Of a stretch of DNA of 64,000 bases, positions 50,800-61,832 are shown one piece after another. Position 1 is the first letter of the stretch. Each line of letters starts with the position of its first letter. The notes beneath the pieces are model-generated. The model saw nothing but the letters and a program-made list of their open reading frames with translations, was not told where the DNA came from and ran no database searches. This stretch comes from Candidatus Poribacteria bacterium. GTDB lineage: Bacteria > Poribacteria > WGA-4E > PCPOR2b. Both the position numbers and the translations under genes were made by a program. Where the stretch lies: assembly GCA_965208675.1 (NCBI GenBank), contig OZ242351.1, positions 1,792,001-1,856,000 on the forward strand, in the 5' to 3' direction.

Positions 50800-51897
50800 T
50801 TGTCCGTTGCAGTCTGTCTAGAACGTGTTGTTAAAGCCTTCGATACCACCGTCGCTGTAAACGATGTCAGCCTTGAGATTCGGGAAGGCGAGCTGTTTTT
50901 TCTGCTGGGACCGTCAGGCTGCGGCAAGACAACCTGTTTGCGGGTTATCGCCGGATTCTATGAACCTGACGTTGGAGAATTGCGGTTCGGCGATCGGGTC
51001 ATGAATAGAGTGCCGCCTCATAAGCGAAACACCGGGATGGTATTTCAAAACTATGCGCTTTGGCCGCACATGAATGTTTATGAAAATGTTGAATACGGTT
51101 TGACAATCCGTAAGGTCGATAAGGAAGCCCGCAAGGATAAGGTGGCGGAGGTGCTTGATGTCGTACGTATGCCGGAGTATGCCGACCGCCCCGTCAATAA
51201 ACTCTCTGGCGGACAGCAACAGCGGATTGCCTTGGCGCGTGCGTTGGTGGTTGAGCCAGACGTGTTGCTGCTGGATGAGCCGCTCAGCAACCTCGATGCA
51301 AAACTTCGCCTTGAGATGCGGCACGAAATTAAGCGGATACATTCACAAGCGAACATTACGGCAATCTACGTCACGCACGATCAGCACGAAGCCCTCTCCC
51401 TGGCCGATCGGATGGCAATCATGAATGACGGGGCAATCGTACAAATTGGCGCGCCGCGCGAGGTCTATCGCGCGCCTGCAAACGCTTTTGTCGCTAGCTT
51501 CATTGGCGAGACGAATTTCATTGAAGGCCGGATTAGCGCACTGTTGAACGGAGCCGCCGAAATTGAAACGGCGGTGGGGATTCTTCACACGACAACAATC
51601 TATCACGAATTTGCCAACGGGGAAAACGTGACCTGTTCTATCCGTCCCGAATCCATCCATATCCACGATGAAATGCCGTCGGGTGTTCCGAATGGTCTGA
51701 GCGCAAAGGTCGTTGAGGCAACCTATCTCGGCCGTATTGAGGAATACCAGCTTGCGCTCAACGGCAAATTTAAAGCCAAGGCAAGTCTTTACAATCCTGG
51801 GCGGCAAGGCAAGGCGGTCGGCGAGACAATCCATTGTTGCATCCATCCGGAAGATGTAATCCCGCTGCCGGTAGACGAACGGTTAAGCGATACTTAA
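50800..51897 (+). CDS. ABC transporter ATP-binding protein (PotA/FbpC type, TOBE domain)
   Basis: GPSGCGKTT, LSGGQQQR, LLLDEPLSNLDA, YVTHDQ. Confidence 0.92.
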   Translation: MSVAVCLERVVKAFDTTVAVNDVSLEIREGELFFLLGPSGCGKTTCLRVIAGFYEPDVGELRFGDRVMNRVPPHKRNTGMVFQNYALWPHMNVYENVEYGLTIRKVDKEARKDKVAEVLDVVRMPEYADRPVNKLSGGQQQRIALARALVVEPDVLLLDEPLSNLDAKLRLEMRHEIKRIHSQANITAIYVTHDQHEALSLADRMAIMNDGAIVQIGAPREVYRAPANAFVASFIGETNFIEGRISALLNGAAEIETAVGILHTTTIYHEFANGENVTCSIRPESIHIHDEMPSGVPNGLSAKVVEATYLGRIEEYQLALNGKFKAKASLYNPGRQGKAVGETIHCCIHPEDVIPLPVDERLSDT

Positions 51898-52138
51898 CCA
51901 TGGATCTGCGAAATTCCAGAAACCGTTAGACTTTGCAATCGCCAACTTGCATACAGAAACTCGCAATGCTTTACTCCCGCTCACTAGCAGAGCAGAATGC
52001 AACTTGAAACCGAGATTTTTCTTGAGGACTCGGTTTATTTTACGGAGCGGCGTACGCAAACCACTTCTTTATGACCGTCGACTTGCATTTCCATGCCCTA
52101 ATTGATACCAGGCGATTGTATACTTCGGGCAAGATTAT

Positions 52139-52168
52139 TTGACACGTTGCTCAAGTACAAGTTATAAT
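52139..52168 (+). promoter_or_regulatory. sigma70 promoter
   Basis: TTGACA-N18-TATAAT just upstream of the 52191 ORF. Confidence 0.6.
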
Positions 52169-52190
52169 TCCATTGGGCGGCAATAACAAA

Positions 52191-52448
52191 ATGGACCAAT
52201 CAACGCTACAAACAATTGGGATATTCTTATCGCCGAGTCTGCTGTTGTTTATTGCATTAATCATCAACAAACGTATTGATGATTTGAGGGAAGATATAAA
52301 AGGATTTCGATCGGAGATAAACAACAATATAAAAGACCTTCGATCGGAGATGAAAATGGAACACGCCGCACTCTCTAACAAAGTTGATTCACTGAGTCAG
52401 GATTTTACCAAGCACCTAATCGAATTGCATGGAAAACAAGAAAGTTAG
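52191..52448 (+). CDS. Small TM + coiled-coil hypothetical protein
   Basis: Hydrophobic helix then RIDDLREDIKGFRSEI...KDLRSEM repeats; own promoter. Confidence 0.65.
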   Translation: MDQSTLQTIGIFLSPSLLLFIALIINKRIDDLREDIKGFRSEINNNIKDLRSEMKMEHAALSNKVDSLSQDFTKHLIELHGKQES

Positions 52449-52871
52449 ATAAGCACTTCCCATACGAACACATCAACGAAATTTTCGTTTTTTCTGCACT
52501 CATTAAATTTTCCCCGTGCCCGATTGCGAAAATTCGCAGACTACCTCACGCCCGCAAATACCAATTCATTTTCTAGCCCTTCGCTACGCATTGAATAATT
52601 TAGGATGGATGACTGCCGCGTCATGTGTAGTCGAACTCTTGATTATATAGCGATCCCCTTTTTCTGGCAAACTCCGTCCCAAAGCGTTTTACTTCAAGAG
52701 CAAATTCCTAGAGTGTGAACGCCCATCGCACACGCACACTAGCGAGGAGCAATATCCCCCAGAACCTGCTGTAAGACCGCCAAATCTCCCGGGCGCCATA
52801 CCTAATACGCCTAGCAAAAACCACGGACTTTCACCAATGTCTTGCACCACGCCCCCAAGGAGGTTGAGGAG

Positions 52872-53162
52872 ATGAATTATAGAGACATTATTACCATCGA
52901 ACCGGGCAAACGCAGCGGGGAACCGTGCATCCGCGGAATGCGCATCACCGTGTATGATGTTCTTGAATATCTTGCAGCTGCAATGACGAACGCGCAAATT
53001 CTCTGCGAATTTCCCGAACTGGCTGAAACAGACATCCGCGCTTGTCTGGCGTATGCCGCTGACCGAGAAAAATCGCAGATGGTTGTTTACACACATGAAA
53101 CTGCTATTCGATCAGAACCTGTCGGCCCAGTTAGCGACTCGGCTGGCGAATCTGTATCCTGA
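52872..53162 (+). CDS. DUF433 antitoxin, with C-terminal read-through into the toxin gene
   Basis: GKRSGEPCIRGMRITVYDVL...FPEL...DIRACLAYAADRE; GAGGAG RBS. Confidence 0.88.
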   Translation: MNYRDIITIEPGKRSGEPCIRGMRITVYDVLEYLAAAMTNAQILCEFPELAETDIRACLAYAADREKSQMVVYTHETAIRSEPVGPVSDSAGESVS

Positions 53163-53250
53163 TTCCACCCACGTTAAAACCGTTGGGTTAACTACGGCCT
53201 CAGATACGGTATTAGCAATGTTGTCGGTACCACGATCGTTTGCGAAGTAA
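53095..53250 (+). pseudogene. Truncated DUF5615/PIN-like toxin
   Basis: MKLLFDQNLS...STHV...ASD then unrelated sequence and a stop at 51 aa; the TKDxDF half is missing. Confidence 0.75.
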
Positions 53251-53463
53251 CCAGAAATTCCTGATTGCGAAGATGTGGATTTCGGCATTAGTATTTCGTT
53301 CTTAATGCTAGATCTCGTGGTAAGTATTCTGAGGTCGTATCATAGACGTGAAATTCATCAGTGATAAGCGTTAATCCATTAGGCGTGATAGTATTTTGAA
53401 ACAATTTATTGAAAGGGGACATCAAACTTGAATGCTAGTGGAGTGTGGTATTCCGCTGAAACT

Positions 53464-54459
53464 TCAACGAAGTACCGCCTTAAATAGTTGTCCTATGGCA
53501 CGGTAGTGCGATAAATCAACAGTAGAAACTCCTGTTAGATTCGATTGGAAACGGACCCTGCTAACAGCGGAAGGTACATCAGGCCGGACGGAAGGGATGG
53601 CTGATGTTGCATAAAATGCGAGCGACTCATTCCCCAATTTAGGGTCATATCGTGATTCAGATGCTCCGCGCCAATTGCTGCCGAGGGTAAGTGCAATGAT
53701 TGAGTCAACATGCAAGAGTGAATTGAGTTGATTTCCAAGACGATTTTGTATTTTTCCTCTCAAATCAACTATGGATTCTCCAGCTTGTGATTGCTCAACT
53801 AGCATAGAACTTACCAGAGCAATTACGCCTTTTGATGGGTGCAATTGCTCAAGCGAAAAATGGTGACATCTTAGGTCTCCAGAAAAACTCTTAACTTCGA
53901 CTCGCTGATTGTCCATCGCGAAATCGTACCGGTCTTCTATCATTGTGTGCCATGCATCTATAAGAACTGAAGGGCGAGACGAACGCGAGATTAAAAACAG
54001 TTCGGCCCACAGACCACGAACCGACTTACGAGGTGGCTCTGTCATGGCTTGAAATAACTCGATCAATCGGTTCATGGTATGGACCACATTAGAATGGGTA
54101 GGGCGATTGTCGAGTGATGTGATGATGGCGGAGGCGACCCTCAGAAAGTAACTATACAACGTCGTGTCCTCTTTTGTACAATGGACGACCGTGAACTGCT
54201 TTTCTTCAGTTGACCCATTTTGAAGAGAAACTCGACACTTTTGGTCATGAAGGACCGTAAGATGTTCGAGGACAATCGGAGCAGGTTGCTTTTGGCCGGG
54301 ATCATCAACAACCGAGATTAGGAGTATTGGTCTCCCTTGATAATCCTTAGCGAGCCGATGCTGCTCATATTCAGGTATTGGGAGCGCCGAAAATTGATTG
54401 GCGTTGTGGACTGTAGTAGTTGATCCTAGTGATTGAAAAATGTCGGTTAGATTAATCAT
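53464..54459 (-). CDS. PD-(D/E)XK motif protein (DUF4420-like)
   Basis: RGLWAELFLI...W...YDF...RVEVKS...HHFSLEQL. Confidence 0.82.
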   Translation of the reverse strand: MINLTDIFQSLGSTTTVHNANQFSALPIPEYEQHRLAKDYQGRPILLISVVDDPGQKQPAPIVLEHLTVLHDQKCRVSLQNGSTEEKQFTVVHCTKEDTTLYSYFLRVASAIITSLDNRPTHSNVVHTMNRLIELFQAMTEPPRKSVRGLWAELFLISRSSRPSVLIDAWHTMIEDRYDFAMDNQRVEVKSFSGDLRCHHFSLEQLHPSKGVIALVSSMLVEQSQAGESIVDLRGKIQNRLGNQLNSLLHVDSIIALTLGSNWRGASESRYDPKLGNESLAFYATSAIPSVRPDVPSAVSRVRFQSNLTGVSTVDLSHYRAIGQLFKAVLR

Positions 54460-54473
54460 TGCCAACTGTCAAA

Positions 54474-56696
54474 CTAAATTTCACCTTGGTCCTGCACAAG
54501 CCAATCGTGCGATATATATTTCGGAAGCCAGACTGCTATGGCTGGTACATTTACAATAACGTCCCCGTTTTCTCGTATGACTTCAAGATTGTGAATTTGT
54601 ACAGTCGTATAGTTACTCTTGATTCTTCGGTCGCCCGGATAAATTACTGGCCCTGTTTTTGGATTTTTCCCTTGAAAAAGCGTTGGAATCTCGTCCTTTT
54701 CTAAGGTTCTCTTACGTGAAACCCCCTTGCTCATATAGTAAATTGTACACAACTCATTAGGATGAGAATCAAGATAAGCACCAATTTGAAGACGTAAGCC
54801 CGTAAATCTCTGCGAGTCAACAGACCGCCCGACTCTAAACGGCACAAGTAACTGTTCGTAAACACATTTGAGATTACTGTCCGACACATGATGTATCTGC
54901 GATTCCGTGCGATCCGGACTCCCGTTATCTTCTTGAAACGACAGCGTTCCTAAGAAATTATTGACAATACCGCGATTGGCATCAATTGCCTCCATTGACG
55001 TGTGTGGCGCTTTAGGCGTGTACCACTGATTGCCCAAATTACCCCGAATGTAATCCAAGCCGAGCACATTGTCACGGGTCGGTTTAAGCCTTCTATCAAG
55101 GAAAAATGCTCGTCGCCACACATCAAGAGGTTTGCCGGTTGCATCGTGCGCAATTAGACTCTCCCTAACATCCTCCTCATGAATCACGTAGTCGCGATAA
55201 GCCGCTCGAACGCGGTCTTCCAAAAAAACCCGACAATATCCAAGGTAAGGAAGCTTATAACCGAAAAACCTCGCTCGCTGTTGGATCGTATCGGCGTTAC
55301 CTATCCCAGCCCCTCTCGGCATGTATGTGACCGTTATTCCCTCCACAGTAAAACCTCTGTCCATTGCTTGTCCGCCCACCAGAATGTGCGAATATTGTCG
55401 TTCCCATGGAATGCTTGGTGTTCTACCACTCGTTGAGTTCACTTCGTGCAATTCTGTTTTACGAATAGCGTGGAGAAGACGTGATGAGAGTGATTCAAAG
55501 GCTGGGAGCGATGTCACGGTTTGCTGAAGGATTCGATAACTATGCGCAAATTCCTCAAGAAGATCTAAACGATCTGATGAATCTGATTTGGGATCGAGTA
55601 TCTCCTGCCAGTGATTCTTTACTTGCTCAACCCAATAGTAATACTGTTTGTGTCCAATCGTCTTATGTGACGGATGTACCATCATCGATCGATTGCCCTT
55701 ACTGTTATCCAAAATCATCCCCGCGGCAACACCTAAAAAGAAAATCCGCATCGCGTGAAGCAGACTCTCAGGCGGGGCGCTGAGCGGCTGGCTTTTTGTT
55801 GGTATTTCGTTTTCAGGAATTGTGCAAATCAGGCGGTTGGTATCATCTTTAAAAAATACTTTCCCTCCGGTATAATTTGCACCTGGCGTAAGAACCTTTA
55901 CAAACTTCGGAGACAACACATCAATTAAGTTTATGAGCAGTGGCGCTTGCGGCGTTGCTGTGTATTGCAGAAATGTGTGATAGGGCAGGTATTCTTTGAG
56001 AGATAGGATGCGTTGATAAGTGGTACTCGTGTCGCCTTTTTTTACCTTCGTATTGAGACTTGCTTGGTCGGCCTCATCATCTATAATTAACGCCGGCACG
56101 TTTAAAGTTTCGATGTCGGAGAGGATATCAGCCAAGGCTTTCAAATGTTGGTGATGTTTCATGATTGTGATAAGCACCGTTTGACAATCCTGTTTGCGAA
56201 CTGTTGGGTCCTGCCAGTCGTCTAACACGTTCTTAATCCTTATGCAATCACCTTCATCGAATTCAGAACTTTTGAAATGCTGCCACCGGCGATCTGACTT
56301 TGTAAGCAAACTGAGGTCTTCCTCGAGTCTGTTTGTCGATTGGCTTAGCAAATTTAATGATGTGCCTGCAATCACGATGACCATCTGGTATCCATTATCT
56401 CTGGCTAGAGCAGCAACGGTTGTGAATGACATAGTCTTGCCACTCTGTACATATCCCACAGCCAATCCCGTCTCTTGTCTAGCCGATGCGGTAGGGGGAA
56501 CACATTTCGACAACACCGCGACGGCTTCATCTTTTATATTTTCGCACTCTGTCGAATTGATGCCAGATTCCTTAAATTGATTTAGTAACTTAATGGTCAC
56601 ATCACCAACAATGGGTTGCCAAATGCTATCGTTGTTGCACTGCGTAGGTGAAATGATTTCAACGATCTCTTGTAGCAAAGTTTCTTGGCGATTCAC
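54474..56696 (-). CDS. Z1 domain protein with N-terminal SF2 helicase-like motifs
   Basis: GYVQSGKT, LIIDDEADQAS, YTATPQA, SMMVH, GGQAMDRGFTVEG, DTIQQRARFFGY. Confidence 0.9.
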   Translation of the reverse strand: MNRQETLLQEIVEIISPTQCNNDSIWQPIVGDVTIKLLNQFKESGINSTECENIKDEAVAVLSKCVPPTASARQETGLAVGYVQSGKTMSFTTVAALARDNGYQMVIVIAGTSLNLLSQSTNRLEEDLSLLTKSDRRWQHFKSSEFDEGDCIRIKNVLDDWQDPTVRKQDCQTVLITIMKHHQHLKALADILSDIETLNVPALIIDDEADQASLNTKVKKGDTSTTYQRILSLKEYLPYHTFLQYTATPQAPLLINLIDVLSPKFVKVLTPGANYTGGKVFFKDDTNRLICTIPENEIPTKSQPLSAPPESLLHAMRIFFLGVAAGMILDNSKGNRSMMVHPSHKTIGHKQYYYWVEQVKNHWQEILDPKSDSSDRLDLLEEFAHSYRILQQTVTSLPAFESLSSRLLHAIRKTELHEVNSTSGRTPSIPWERQYSHILVGGQAMDRGFTVEGITVTYMPRGAGIGNADTIQQRARFFGYKLPYLGYCRVFLEDRVRAAYRDYVIHEEDVRESLIAHDATGKPLDVWRRAFFLDRRLKPTRDNVLGLDYIRGNLGNQWYTPKAPHTSMEAIDANRGIVNNFLGTLSFQEDNGSPDRTESQIHHVSDSNLKCVYEQLLVPFRVGRSVDSQRFTGLRLQIGAYLDSHPNELCTIYYMSKGVSRKRTLEKDEIPTLFQGKNPKTGPVIYPGDRRIKSNYTTVQIHNLEVIRENGDVIVNVPAIAVWLPKYISHDWLVQDQGEI

Positions 56697-56716
56697 AGTA
56701 GTAAGTCCTAAGACAA

Positions 56717-58252
56717 TTAAGGTTTTGATAAAGCGTCTCGAAGAAGTTTGTTTATATTCCGTATGAACGTTTTAGTTTTTCGTACGCCACTATCGCGCGC
56801 CGTGATTTCAGCGAGGGCGATTGCAATTGCCATTCGTTGGAGAGGTTCGATTTGGGATGTGTCGGTACCACCATACCGTAGCATAAATGGATGAGCAAGC
56901 GACATTCGAATTTTGACTCGTCGAAGGTTCCCATCCCACGGGTCGTCACTAACATCCAGCCAATCACCTACTGCCGGATCATTTGACAACTCTATTGAGA
57001 TTTCCCATAATCTGCCGTCGATTTCCACTGGTACGGTTTTATTGGCAACTGATACTTTTGCCTTGGGTAAATTGTGAGGTAGTGGTGTATTCTCCGTTCC
57101 TTCCTCAAGTTGTTTCTCAACAACTGGGGGCACGTCATTCTTTACTGTTTTAGACGTACGATGCGTTGAATTCTCAGCGCCCTTTTTCAAGTCTTGAGTT
57201 TTTGACCTTACACGATATCCTTCTGCTTGACTGAGTAATGCAATAGGTTTTTTTTCAAGTTCTTCCTTCAGGAGTTCTAAGAATGGACCTTCGTTTTCAT
57301 CCCACTGAAATCCATCCTTGGTGTGGCTGACATTGAATCCGTCAAGATGAAGTTCTCCAAAAAGCCGTTGGTAAGTGTAACTATTCGGCGACCCAAAAGG
57401 CCGATAACCCTCATCTGCACTCCCCTGAATCAATCGTTTTCTACGAAACAACGCAAATCCAGCTCTTGACGTACTTGCTTTCTCGCGTAGAGCCGCAAAC
57501 CCGCGTGCGCGTAATCCTGTTCCGAAGTCGAAGTCAATCTCTTTTCTCCACAATCGCGGTGCTTCCGATTGGATTTTGTGGAACGGTGCACGCAATATTT
57601 CCGGATTTGAGTACGACAAACCTTCTCCGCGGAAGTGAAGTTCTAGCAATTCCTCTCTGATGAACACCCGGTAGATACTTGCCAAATGATCCTGGATTTT
57701 GGAGATGGTTCTCCCTTGAGGGGGCCTGTGAAGGTTCGACAGTATAACTTCGGTGAAATGTGTGCTAGGTTCAATCGGCCTCGTTTCAATGATTAATTCC
57801 TCTAAGTTATCTTCTACGATTTTAGCAATGTCAAAGTGAACTGTTCTTTCCACCGATTCACCAAGTGCTGTCGTCCGTACGGCCCAGTTTGGTGAAAACC
57901 AACACGCAGCACTTTTCATTCCCATCCCAAATTCGGATAATCCGCTTGTGTCAGACGGTATGTCCGCGGGACGGAAAGCGCGGGGGTAGTCTGATTCGCG
58001 AATGCCCGCTGCGTTATCACGCACAGTTAAATACCCATCCTCGGCGGGATCTAGTTCAATTTCGACTTTTAGCCGCGTTTTGTCTCCATCCCACCGTTTG
58101 ATTTCCTCCCCGTTATCAAGAAAACTTTGAAGGGAATTATCGACAAATTCTGCAATTGCGAACCAAGGCCTATAGTTGAGGCGACTGAGGACAGATAAGA
58201 TGCCAACGCCGGGACGGATATGAATCTTTTCCCGTTTATTCATGATGCTCAA
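56717..58252 (-). CDS. GHKL/MORC-type ATPase
   Basis: AIAEFVDNS, VRDNAAGI, LSEFGMGMKSA, HFTEV. Confidence 0.88.
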   Translation of the reverse strand: MSIMNKREKIHIRPGVGILSVLSRLNYRPWFAIAEFVDNSLQSFLDNGEEIKRWDGDKTRLKVEIELDPAEDGYLTVRDNAAGIRESDYPRAFRPADIPSDTSGLSEFGMGMKSAACWFSPNWAVRTTALGESVERTVHFDIAKIVEDNLEELIIETRPIEPSTHFTEVILSNLHRPPQGRTISKIQDHLASIYRVFIREELLELHFRGEGLSYSNPEILRAPFHKIQSEAPRLWRKEIDFDFGTGLRARGFAALREKASTSRAGFALFRRKRLIQGSADEGYRPFGSPNSYTYQRLFGELHLDGFNVSHTKDGFQWDENEGPFLELLKEELEKKPIALLSQAEGYRVRSKTQDLKKGAENSTHRTSKTVKNDVPPVVEKQLEEGTENTPLPHNLPKAKVSVANKTVPVEIDGRLWEISIELSNDPAVGDWLDVSDDPWDGNLRRVKIRMSLAHPFMLRYGGTDTSQIEPLQRMAIAIALAEITARDSGVRKTKTFIRNINKLLRDALSKP

Positions 58253-59661
58253 TCTTGGTATTCACAAGAAGATCTAAATTCGCTCGCTACAACACTCGGA
58301 AGCACAATCGGGGAGAAAGTACCCGATGTTTCTCTCGCCGGCAACTCGACCAAACTTGTCGAGGTCTGGGTTTGCTGAAGGCAATCTTCAGAATGGTAAG
58401 TAAGCGCTTTGACAATTTCTTTAACCAGTTCTACATTCACCGCATTTCCTAAAGCTGTGAATGCGCGGGTTTGGGCTTTAGGTAACACTAAATTTTTGTC
58501 AATGCTCTGCAAACGAGCACATTCTCGTGGTGTCATGTACCGTTTTTGCCAACCGACAATTGGAACTTGCGTGTTTGACATCGCCACGAGTGAAGGCGCA
58601 GTCGTCCGTTTTTTGACCCGGACGCCTGAAGGCCTAAGTTGAATTAAAAGTTTCCATATGTCCCGTTCTTCATCTTGACAGTTCCACTCAAATTTTTGGT
58701 AACTCTGAGGAAAAGTTTTAATCTTTTGCATCCAGCCATCAATCCAACTCTTATGGTCCTGATAAAGTTTGCGGTTCTTTTGTATGAATCGGATTTTCCA
58801 CGTCGGGAATTGCTTCTGTTTCCTTCGCGCATAAGAAGGTAGATTGAGCCACACATTTTCATCGGATAATCCTGTTAGCGGCGTGGCGTGGTTCCCTAGA
58901 CATCCAAGTTCACGCAATTTGTCTGCTCCTAACACATGTGGTGTTGTTTTATCAAAAGGATAGTTTGCCCCAAATTCCATTGACCAGATTGGGAAAGATG
59001 GAAGTGGAGTATTTTCCGGAAACCGCTCAATGAATTCTTGCCAAACATGCAAGCATTCCTGAACAAGATTGGGCAATTTCTGATAGCTGGGTGGATCTGT
59101 GTCAAGTATCTTTCTAATATCCGGCTTTTCAATTTCACGCGGCGGTATAGGGAGACAAGCATCAACAGAGCGACTCCCAACAATGAACATCCGTCGGCGA
59201 ATCTGCGGAATTCCAAATTGATGAGGAGATAAACATGCCTCGTTAATTTGATAACTCGCTCCAAGAAGATCTTTTTTGACTTTTTGCCATGTACGTCCGC
59301 CATCATGCCGTTTGAGATGCGGGACATTTTCCAGAATAAAGTAGTTTGGCTTTTTCGCGCGGAGGATCTTTATAACATAGTCAAACAAGTCGCCCTTATC
59401 TGGACATTCAAATCCTCTCCGATGGCCTGCTTGAGAAAAAGGTTGACACGGGAATCCAGCGCATAGAATATCATGGCTGGGAATGTTTGCACTGTCAATT
59501 TTTTTGATATCGCCGTGTGGTTTGAACCCAAAATTTCGCGCGTAAAGTGCGTTGAGTTGCGGCTCAATTTCACACGCAAAAACGCACTGATGGCCGAGTT
59601 CCCTAAGTGCCAAATGGAAACCCCCAAGACCTGCGAAGAGATCTATGAATTTTAAACCCAT
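58249..59661 (-). CDS. dcm: DNA (cytosine-5)-methyltransferase
   Basis: DLFAGLGG, AGFPCQPFS, ILENV, PQIRRR, RECARLQ, LGNAV. Confidence 0.95.
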   Translation of the reverse strand: MGLKFIDLFAGLGGFHLALRELGHQCVFACEIEPQLNALYARNFGFKPHGDIKKIDSANIPSHDILCAGFPCQPFSQAGHRRGFECPDKGDLFDYVIKILRAKKPNYFILENVPHLKRHDGGRTWQKVKKDLLGASYQINEACLSPHQFGIPQIRRRMFIVGSRSVDACLPIPPREIEKPDIRKILDTDPPSYQKLPNLVQECLHVWQEFIERFPENTPLPSFPIWSMEFGANYPFDKTTPHVLGADKLRELGCLGNHATPLTGLSDENVWLNLPSYARRKQKQFPTWKIRFIQKNRKLYQDHKSWIDGWMQKIKTFPQSYQKFEWNCQDEERDIWKLLIQLRPSGVRVKKRTTAPSLVAMSNTQVPIVGWQKRYMTPRECARLQSIDKNLVLPKAQTRAFTALGNAVNVELVKEIVKALTYHSEDCLQQTQTSTSLVELPARETSGTFSPIVLPSVVASEFRSSCEYQD

Positions 59662-59682
59662 CGTATTTTCAACGTTTGTCCT

Positions 59683-60621
59683 TTAGTTGCGTGGTAATTT
59701 TTCGATTCTAGGCATTGCCCATTTGATGATTCGATCTTTCAATGACGATGATTCCCATTGTTCACGATATCTCGCTGCCGCTAGTAGTCTATGCCGGTCT
59801 AGCAACAATCCTTCTACTAGAACGCAATGGTCCCTAAAATTATCGTCGCTGAGGGCGAACGGAATCGCCAAACCCTTTTGAGGCGGAACCACGAAATCAA
59901 TCAACTTTCGCCACAGACCGATGCTCGGTTGCTGTATCTTCTTGACCCAGTCTCGCCCACTTGCGCACTGCATGAGATATACCGGAAAACCTCCTCGATG
60001 GTCCGAAAACGGACGGTAAAGCAAGAGGTCAAGACCGCCGTCTTTACGTCTTGTATTTGCCCGAGTGCGATTGTCATGTCTGGCGTCTTCGCCAAGCCAG
60101 TCGGCGGTTTGATTCACAATCTCTTGAAATCCCGTTGGATTCACGGGCGACCAACCAGTTCGTCTTACTTGCCAATCTGAAAACTGCTCTCTGAGGGATT
60201 CTTGTGTTACTAACTCGAACAGTTCTCCCTGTTCGTTGCGATCTCTACCAGTTACGCAATCCCACCAGTTTCTATAGCATTGGGATAACGACAGCAATAC
60301 GCAAAAACTGTGAGCGGGCATTGTCTGCCATGAATTAATCCGCTTTACTTCTGGATAGGTAACAGTGAACGGCATTTTAGGTCGAACATATTCAACCCTA
60401 CGCGTGAGTTCGGTCCAAGCGTGAACAAGAATTTCTTCAGCGAAGTCACGTCCATCATAGATATTTTCATTGATTAACACATCAACAACATCCATCACGG
60501 AGAAGTCGTCCTCACTTTCGTCGAACAGGATGCTAGCTTCTATCCAATCGCACAATATTTCAAGTTTGATATTGTGACGATTGACTGACCTGGCCATGCC
60601 ACTATCTGGAAGAGCAAGCAT
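59683..60621 (-). CDS. Putative restriction-endonuclease-fold protein
   Basis: GELFE...KDGGLDL...MQCASGRDW..K resembles an Mrr-like D..D...QC active site; LLDRHRL. Confidence 0.55.
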   Translation of the reverse strand: MLALPDSGMARSVNRHNIKLEILCDWIEASILFDESEDDFSVMDVVDVLINENIYDGRDFAEEILVHAWTELTRRVEYVRPKMPFTVTYPEVKRINSWQTMPAHSFCVLLSLSQCYRNWWDCVTGRDRNEQGELFELVTQESLREQFSDWQVRRTGWSPVNPTGFQEIVNQTADWLGEDARHDNRTRANTRRKDGGLDLLLYRPFSDHRGGFPVYLMQCASGRDWVKKIQQPSIGLWRKLIDFVVPPQKGLAIPFALSDDNFRDHCVLVEGLLLDRHRLLAAARYREQWESSSLKDRIIKWAMPRIEKLPRN

Positions 60622-61736
60622 TAGTTTTCCTTCTCACCCTGTTGGATTTCTTTGTGAACGCCAGGGAAGACATCCAGCAACTGGTAAACATCAATTCCCA
60701 ATCTATTTATCGCTTGCTGAATATCTTCAGAATCCTTATGATGATGGACGCGGCTCAGTGCTAATTGCACATTGTTTGCCGCCTCGTTGATGAGTTGCGC
60801 AATTTGGGATTCATCACCACCTGCTAACTGAAACGCGTAGTCAAAGTTCGGTTTCCTGTTTTCTTGGAGATACTGAACAGCCTTAGGGCTCTCAAGAATC
60901 CTCCCGAAATCATCAACCCGTCGCGAATCGGTGAAGATTGGAGGCTTCTCACTTGTGCCAAATAACCACTGCGCAAAGTAGCTGAGCGCTTCCAAGTGAG
61001 TTCTGGGTACCGGTGCCATGGTCACTTTTGGATCTGCAAAAATGTCTATATTAAGATACTGCTGCACGCCATGCGTCCGAAGCGAAAGATACATAACGCT
61101 AAATCTTCCTTCAGTCTTCAGATTCGTGAAGTCCTCTAAGGTGTCCTCCATTTGCAAGATTAACCGGTGAGAAATATAGTGTTGTCGAACAGTTGGGGTC
61201 TTGCTTCCAATTTTTCGCATCACATCTTCATAAGTCATGTTTCCTTCATCAATCAAATTTGCGATGAATTGTGCTTTCTGTGCCGGCTGCCATTGTTTGA
61301 TACCTGTAACATGACGAAACCCCAGAAAAGACTCAATGTCCTGTCGAGAATCAACCTGTAGATACGGAATCTCATTGAAAAGGCTTACGGATACTGTTCG
61401 ATTTTGGACAAGCAACATCCATTTTTTTGATGTCTCTTCTCGATTTACAGCCCGACGAAGCAATATTAGGGCCGCAAGGCGCCGATTTCCTTCGACAACA
61501 ACTAGTCGGTTTTCTCCATATAATTCTTCTTCGGTAACCAATAACGCTTCATGTGTCCAAAAACCGCTTTCCAAATATGACACAGCGAGTTCATCAAGCA
61601 CCCATGTGCGCATTATATCAAGGATTTCGTCTTGCGAGAGAGATGTGCTATCTTGATGTCGGCCAAGTCGCGGGTTCTTTGTATCAAGATAAAGGTCATC
61701 CAACGTGGCGTATTGAAGTCTTTCGCAAATTCCCAT
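60621..61736 (-). CDS. ParB/Srx-like N-terminal domain protein
   Basis: LDTKNPRL, VVVEGNRRLAAL, GFRHVTGIKQW; TAATG overlap with the next gene. Confidence 0.75.
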   Translation of the reverse strand: MGICERLQYATLDDLYLDTKNPRLGRHQDSTSLSQDEILDIMRTWVLDELAVSYLESGFWTHEALLVTEEELYGENRLVVVEGNRRLAALILLRRAVNREETSKKWMLLVQNRTVSVSLFNEIPYLQVDSRQDIESFLGFRHVTGIKQWQPAQKAQFIANLIDEGNMTYEDVMRKIGSKTPTVRQHYISHRLILQMEDTLEDFTNLKTEGRFSVMYLSLRTHGVQQYLNIDIFADPKVTMAPVPRTHLEALSYFAQWLFGTSEKPPIFTDSRRVDDFGRILESPKAVQYLQENRKPNFDYAFQLAGGDESQIAQLINEAANNVQLALSRVHHHKDSEDIQQAINRLGIDVYQLLDVFPGVHKEIQQGEKEN

Positions 61737-61832
61737 GTTTCACCTTCGCTTCTTACAGGTTTCGCATTCTTCGGTTTCACTGAAAAAAGAACACCTCGCG
61801 GCACCTTAAACTGAAAGCATTTGACGTGGAAC

